Source: Candidatus Dormiibacterota bacterium
GTDB lineage: Bacteria > Patescibacteriota > Saccharimonadia > Saccharimonadales > UBA4665
Reading direction: 5' to 3'
NCBI GenBank assembly: GCA_035648575.1
Contig: DASRLG010000041.1
Location: 1 to 38,049 of the forward strand
DNA: 38,049 bases
Positions 34,501 to 38,049 of this stretch are shown here, piece by piece (within the stretch, counting starts at the first letter, position 1; every line of letters starts with the position of its first letter). The translations under genes and the position numbers were made by a program. Below the pieces are notes generated by a model. The model saw nothing but the letters and a program-made list of their open reading frames with translations, was not told the DNA's origin and searched no databases.

Positions 34501-35139
34501 CTATTCGTCGGCCGCGGGTTGGTCGCCGGGCGGGTTGGTGAAGTAGTTTACTTCGTTGATTATGTCTAGCAGGGCTTGGGCGCGGGCAGTTTCGTCTTCT
34601 ATGGAATGGGCGGCGACGTAGGCGGATTTGACCAGATTCTGGTTGTCGCTGGACTGGATCATCATCATTATGGTGCGGAATTTCTCCTCAGGCGGCAAAT
34701 CCAGTTTGTCGATGATTGGGATTAGGTCATCGAGAGCTCTTTTCTTGACGTCGATTAATTCTTTTGTCGCGGGATCATCGTCGTCGTTCTTGGGGGCAGG
34801 GTTGTCGTTTGAAGCGATTGAAGGTATCGGGTACTGGTAGGTTGGCTTCTTGGGAAAGCCGCCGGCCGGCGAAATTATATCCTTGATCGGCTCCTTAGCG
34901 CTATCGATCGGGTTCCCCGGGTGCTGCCATGGCTGTTCGTCGGTCTGAGCTGGCGGTGAGCCCGAAGGCGTGTCCATTGAAACGGCTACGGGATCAGTGC
35001 TGGCGGCAGCCGCGGCGGCATCAGGCACGGTAACGGTCGCCTGGCCATCGCCATCGTTTAATACCTGTTGGACTGTTTCGTCAGGAATAGCGTTGCTGTC
35101 TTGATCTGCCGGCTTATCGTCGTCTTGGTGCCCAAACAT
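34501..35139 (-). CDS. Hypothetical acidic protein, disordered N-half and helical C-terminal domain
   Basis: 212 aa, ATG start. Asp/Pro/Ala-rich N-half. The C-terminus is LPPEEKFRTIMMMIQSSDNQNLVKSAYVAAHSIEDETARAQALLDIINEV. No family recognised. Confidence 0.65.
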   Translation of the reverse strand: MFGHQDDDKPADQDSNAIPDETVQQVLNDGDGQATVTVPDAAAAAASTDPVAVSMDTPSGSPPAQTDEQPWQHPGNPIDSAKEPIKDIISPAGGFPKKPTYQYPIPSIASNDNPAPKNDDDDPATKELIDVKKRALDDLIPIIDKLDLPPEEKFRTIMMMIQSSDNQNLVKSAYVAAHSIEDETARAQALLDIINEVNYFTNPPGDQPAADE

Positions 35140-35219
35140 TACTCCCCCTAAAAACGCTTTATCTTAGGCTATACTATATACAACCCAATACTAAAAGCAC
35201 AAGAGGTTTGAGGAGGGAT

Positions 35220-36248
35220 ATGCTGGACGACTTAAAAATGATCCATGAACGCGACGCCGCCGACACGCTGGGAATTGCCGAACGCCAGTGGCAGCAGATG
35301 GGCTACGAGTTCGAAACTTCACAACAACCGGTCGAGGCCGATAACATAATCTACGCCGGAATGGGCGGGTCGGCGTTGGCGGGGGTTTTAAGTACCAACT
35401 GGCCGGGCTACAGCATACCGTTCCAAGTAGTGCGGGATTATGACATTCCAGCTTATGTCTCTGACAAGACCTACTTCATAGCCTGCAGTTACTCCGGTAA
35501 TACTGAGGAGACTATCAGTGCCGTCGAGCAAGCCGCCGCCAAGGGCGCGCATATCGCGGTGATTGCCGGCGGCGGTAAACTGGCCGATTTGGCACGCGCC
35601 AAAGGCTATCCGCTGGCGATTCTGCCCAAGGCTGAGCAGCCTCGTTACGCGGTGTTTTATAACCTGAAAGCCTTGCTGGTCTTGCTGCAAAAAGCCGGTT
35701 TATCAGACGGTGCCGCTATAGAAGAACTAGAGCGTTCGGCGGAGTTCCTGAAGACGGCCGTCGCGCCCTGGATCGCCACCGTGCCAACCGCTAAGAACCA
35801 GGCTAAACAAATCGCCCAGGAAGTCATCGGCAAATCGGCCGTGATTTACGGCGGCCCCAAACTCGCGCCGGCAGCCTACAAATGGAAAATTAGCTTCAAC
35901 GAAAACGCCAAACAAGTAGCCTGGACCAACCAGTACCCGGAGTTCAACCACAACGAATTCATGGGCTGGACCAAGCAACCGGTGCAGAAGCCGTACGCCG
36001 TTATCGATCTGCGCAGCAGTCTGGAACATCCGCGCATCCAGAAGCGTTTCGAAGTCAGCGAGAGGTTGCTTTCCGGCATGCGACCAGCCCCAATCGTCGT
36101 TCAGGCCGAGGGCGAAACCCTGCTTGAGCAATTGCTCTGGACGATCGCGCTCGGCGATTTCGTGACTATTTATACGGCGCTATTGAACGGTTTGAATCCG
36201 GCGCCGGTGGATTTGATCGAGAAATTTAAAAAGGCCCTGGACGAATAA
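35220..36248 (+). CDS. SIS-domain bifunctional phosphoglucose/phosphomannose isomerase (archaeal-type PGI/PMI)
   Basis: IIYAGMGGSALAG, ACSYSGNTEET, FNENAKQVAW..EFNHNE are blocks of the PGI/PMI family. ATG at 35220; the track start at 35208 is TTG. Confidence 0.8.
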   Translation: MLDDLKMIHERDAADTLGIAERQWQQMGYEFETSQQPVEADNIIYAGMGGSALAGVLSTNWPGYSIPFQVVRDYDIPAYVSDKTYFIACSYSGNTEETISAVEQAAAKGAHIAVIAGGGKLADLARAKGYPLAILPKAEQPRYAVFYNLKALLVLLQKAGLSDGAAIEELERSAEFLKTAVAPWIATVPTAKNQAKQIAQEVIGKSAVIYGGPKLAPAAYKWKISFNENAKQVAWTNQYPEFNHNEFMGWTKQPVQKPYAVIDLRSSLEHPRIQKRFEVSERLLSGMRPAPIVVQAEGETLLEQLLWTIALGDFVTIYTALLNGLNPAPVDLIEKFKKALDE

Positions 36249-36250
36249 TC

Positions 36251-36694
36251 ATGAGTGACGGACAGCCGGTTCCGCAGTTCGATGCCAGCAGCTTCAGCAA
36301 CCAGCCATACGGTAAGCGAATCGAAAAACCCTGGGGCTACGAATTACACTGGGTGGCGGCGGACGCGCCCTACATGGGCAAGGTGCTTCACATTAACGAG
36401 GGCGCCCGACTCAGCCTGCAGCTCCATGACAAAAAACAGGAAAGCTGGCTGGTGATGAACGGCCAAGCCGCTGTTATCTGGGAAAACGATAAGGGTGAAC
36501 TGGTCCAAACCGAGTTGCAGCCGGGGCAGGGCTACAGCACCAAAATCGGCCAACGGCACCGGCTAATCGGCCTGACCGACTGCGATGTCGTGGAAGTCTC
36601 CACTCCCGAACTTGGCACGACCTGGCGTCTTGAAGACGATTATGCCCGCCCGCACGAAACGCCTGCCCAACGCGACCTCGAACGCGGCAACTAA
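36251..36694 (+). CDS. Cupin-domain protein, type II phosphomannose isomerase-like
   Basis: WGYELHW...LSLQLHDKKQESWLVMNGQA...GQRHRL resembles the C-terminal PMI cupin of ManC-type enzymes. It starts 3 nt after the PGI/PMI stop. Confidence 0.7.
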   Translation: MSDGQPVPQFDASSFSNQPYGKRIEKPWGYELHWVAADAPYMGKVLHINEGARLSLQLHDKKQESWLVMNGQAAVIWENDKGELVQTELQPGQGYSTKIGQRHRLIGLTDCDVVEVSTPELGTTWRLEDDYARPHETPAQRDLERGN

Positions 36695-36729
36695 CAACCA
36701 GAACCGGAAAAATACCAAAATGCCCATGC

Positions 36730-36758
36730 TTGCACGGGTGTAAACATACTGATATAAG
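36730..36758 (+). promoter_or_regulatory. Candidate promoter TTGCAC-17-TATAAG ending 6 nt before the ATG at 36765
   Basis: Hexamers at 36730-36735 and 36753-36758. Confidence 0.4.
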
Positions 36759-36764
36759 TGAGGC

Positions 36765-36914
36765 ATGAAACTGTTCCTGGTACTTGGAGTCATGGTGGCG
36801 GCGTACACTTACGTCCTAATGCATACCACCGACATGGTACTGGCCCAAACCCAGCATCTTAATGCCACATACCAGTACGTGGCCAAAAACGCCGACGCGA
36901 TAGCCGGCCAGTAA
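36765..36914 (+). CDS. Small ORF, 49 aa, one N-terminal TM helix
   Basis: Below the track cutoff. Translation: MKLFLVLGVMVAAYTYVLMHTTDMVLAQTQHLNATYQYVAKNADAIAGQ. A promoter-like element lies immediately upstream. Confidence 0.4.
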   Translation: MKLFLVLGVMVAAYTYVLMHTTDMVLAQTQHLNATYQYVAKNADAIAGQ

Positions 36915-36932
36915 TTGTATAATTAAACCGGT

Positions 36933-37604
36933 ATGAGTACCTGGCGGTTACCCCGCACACAGTTTATTCTCGCTTTGGGAGCTTCGACGCTGGTTAGCGT
37001 CGGTTTGTTCGGCTATGGAGCTTGGCGTAACAGCAGCCTGGATTATGATTATCTGGTTTGGAACCTGTTTCTGGCCTGGTTACCGCTGATTTTCGCTGTG
37101 CGCTTGGTCGCCCTGTTAAGGCGCAAACTCTGGTCCAGCTGGGAGGCGCTGGCAGTCAGCACGTTGTGGCTGGTCTTCCTGCCCAACAGTTTTTATATGA
37201 TTAGTGATTTCATTCATCTGCAAGAGGTGCAGAGGGTGGATATACTTTATGATGCCGTGATGTTCACGTCGTTTATATATACCGGCGTGGTGCTTGGTTT
37301 TAGCAGCCTGTACTTGATTCATATCCAGTTGAGGCGGCGTTTGTCAGTTACCGGAGCGACTTTCTGGATTGCCGCTACGCTCTTGGTTTGCAGCGCGGCG
37401 GTTTACGTCGGGCGTGACCTGCGCTGGAACAGCTGGGACCTGTTGACCAACCCGGGCGGCCTGCTGTTTGACGTATCGGACCGTTTGCAGCATCCGGCGG
37501 CCTATCCGCAAATGATATCCACGGTCGTCACTTTTTTCATCCTTTTGGCCAGCATGTACAGTCTGCTGTGGCGTGGTTCTCGGCTGCTCCGACAGGCGCA
37601 CTGA
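36933..37604 (+). CDS. DUF1361-family integral membrane protein
   Basis: WNLFLAWLPLIFA and LPNSFYMISDFIHL blocks with six hydrophobic helices. TATAAT at 36918-36923 lies 9 nt upstream of the ATG. Confidence 0.75.
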   Translation: MSTWRLPRTQFILALGASTLVSVGLFGYGAWRNSSLDYDYLVWNLFLAWLPLIFAVRLVALLRRKLWSSWEALAVSTLWLVFLPNSFYMISDFIHLQEVQRVDILYDAVMFTSFIYTGVVLGFSSLYLIHIQLRRRLSVTGATFWIAATLLVCSAAVYVGRDLRWNSWDLLTNPGGLLFDVSDRLQHPAAYPQMISTVVTFFILLASMYSLLWRGSRLLRQAH

Positions 37605-37642
37605 ATATTGCGCCAGGAGCGAAGTTATAGTATCGTATAGCT

Positions 37643-37717
37643 ATGTCTTCATTAGTTACATCGGTTGCAGCCATCCGCCGCCGCTCGCGTACCATCGGGA
37701 GTTGCCCTTGTAATTAG
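37643..37717 (+). CDS. Candidate arginine-codon leader peptide (24 aa)
   Basis: ATG TCT TCA TTA GTT ACA TCG GTT GCA GCC ATC CGC CGC CGC TCG CGT ACC ATC GGG AGT TGC CCT TGT AAT TAG translates to MSSLVTSVAAIRRRSRTIGSCPCN. Four Arg codons fall at 37676-37690. The ORF overlaps the 5' arm of an antiterminator helix. Confidence 0.45.
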   Translation: MSSLVTSVAAIRRRSRTIGSCPCN

Positions 37718-37747
37718 TGCGTAAAATAAGGTTCCACGGCAGCTCCC
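37697..37747 (+). promoter_or_regulatory. Candidate antiterminator helix (GGGAGUUGCC / GGCAGCUCCC)
   Basis: 37697-37706 pairs with 37738-37747 over 10 bp (one G-U). The 3' arm contains the 5' arm of the downstream terminator. Confidence 0.45.
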
Positions 37748-37762
37748 AACAGGGAGCTTTTT
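37741..37762 (+). terminator. Intrinsic terminator/attenuator directly upstream of argH
   Basis: AGCTCCC-AACA-GGGAGCT followed by TTTT. It lies 22 nt upstream of the argH ATG and before its SD (GAGAGGAA). Confidence 0.6.
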
Positions 37763-37784
37763 AATTAAATGAGAGGAATATGAG

Positions 37785-38049
37785 ATGAACAAATTATGGC
37801 AAGAAGATAACGCGGCAACATTGAATCCATTGGTCGAGGCCTACACGGTTGGCGATGACTACCGTCAGGACCAGCAACTGCTTGGTTACGACATTCGGGC
37901 CAGTAAGGCGCACGCTGCCATGCTGCAGTCCATCGGTGTTCTAAGCAGTGAGGAGCTAGTGGAGCTACAAACTGCCCTAGACGAACTTTTACAGATCTGG
38001 ACTGATGGTAAATTCGTGATTGAACAACACCAGGAAGACGGCCATACGG
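37785..38049 (+). CDS. argH: Argininosuccinate lyase-like (fumarate lyase superfamily), 5' part only
   Basis: MNKLWQEDNAATLNPLVEAYTVGDDYRQDQQLLGYDIRASKAHAAMLQSIGVLSSEELVELQTAL...EDGHT follows the ArgH N-terminal pattern: KLW..., D.rL..yDI.gS.AH..mL...G.l...E, then ED.H. It runs off the right edge. Confidence 0.7.
   Translation, partial: MNKLWQEDNAATLNPLVEAYTVGDDYRQDQQLLGYDIRASKAHAAMLQSIGVLSSEELVELQTALDELLQIWTDGKFVIEQHQEDGHT

Noticed and set aside
37620-37784. T-box or other riboswitch upstream of argH
   Set aside because: The region is too short, about 140 nt. No T-box consensus (AANNNGGGTGGTACCGCG-like) is present on the coding strand; only a weak resemblance exists on the opposite strand. 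The leader-peptide model fits the two helices better.
1-38049. CRISPR arrays, rRNA genes, transposases and large direct or inverted repeats
   Set aside because: Reading through the window, I found no regularly spaced repeats, no rRNA-like sequence and no transposase or integrase-like ORFs. The only repetition is at protein-motif level (pilin modules, LYNP repeats, TSP3-like repeats).

Overview
The gene content reads as a chromosomal segment from a small-genome, monoderm-type bacterium. It combines VirB2/TrbC-like pilin paralogs with the GG.RYITS.GD signature, a PrgI/VirB4/VirB6-type secretion set, ComFC, an archaeal-type SIS PGI/PMI and sparse housekeeping genes. I associate this mix with Patescibacteria/CPR, probably Saccharimonadia-like, but that is an inference from family recognition and no search was run. 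The window looks moderately GC-rich by eye (not computed).

Layout:
- 1-10202 (minus strand): a type IV secretion-like operon set. It holds a partial membrane protein, a VirB4 ATPase, an ATPase-less VirB4-N-domain-like protein, a PrgI/VirB3-like protein, an orphan 586-aa soluble protein behind a perfect consensus promoter, and a giant VirB6-like protein.
- 10391-13337 (plus strand, divergent): six tandem VirB2/TrbC-like pilin paralogs.
- 13427-26582: Hsp20, ComFC, a GT-C-like membrane protein, tRNA-Ser(GCU), tRNA-Ser(UGA), a membrane protein, a YihY/BrkB-family protein, a lower-GC orphan ORF, tRNA-Arg(GCG), a secreted orphan, tRNA-Ser(CGA), a surface-anchored SGNH/GDSL hydrolase operon, a HIT protein and an XRE-HAD fusion.
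- 26589-38049: ValRS, an orphan, TsaD, a MurE-like ligase, CIRCE-controlled groES-groEL, an acidic orphan, a SIS-type PGI/PMI plus a cupin PMI-like protein, DUF1361 and a partial argH.

Most unusual observations:
- An arginine-codon leader peptide with mutually exclusive antiterminator and terminator helices sits just upstream of argH.
- The secretion locus has six pilin paralogs and, within this window, no coupling protein or relaxase.
- Many starts have a -10 hexamer 6-9 nt upstream of the ATG, which suggests leaderless mRNAs. This includes a palindromic -10 shared by divergent tsaD and murE.
- Several Shine-Dalgarno-led small ORFs fall below the ORF-track cutoff.

No CRISPR array, rRNA, transposase or integrase was seen.
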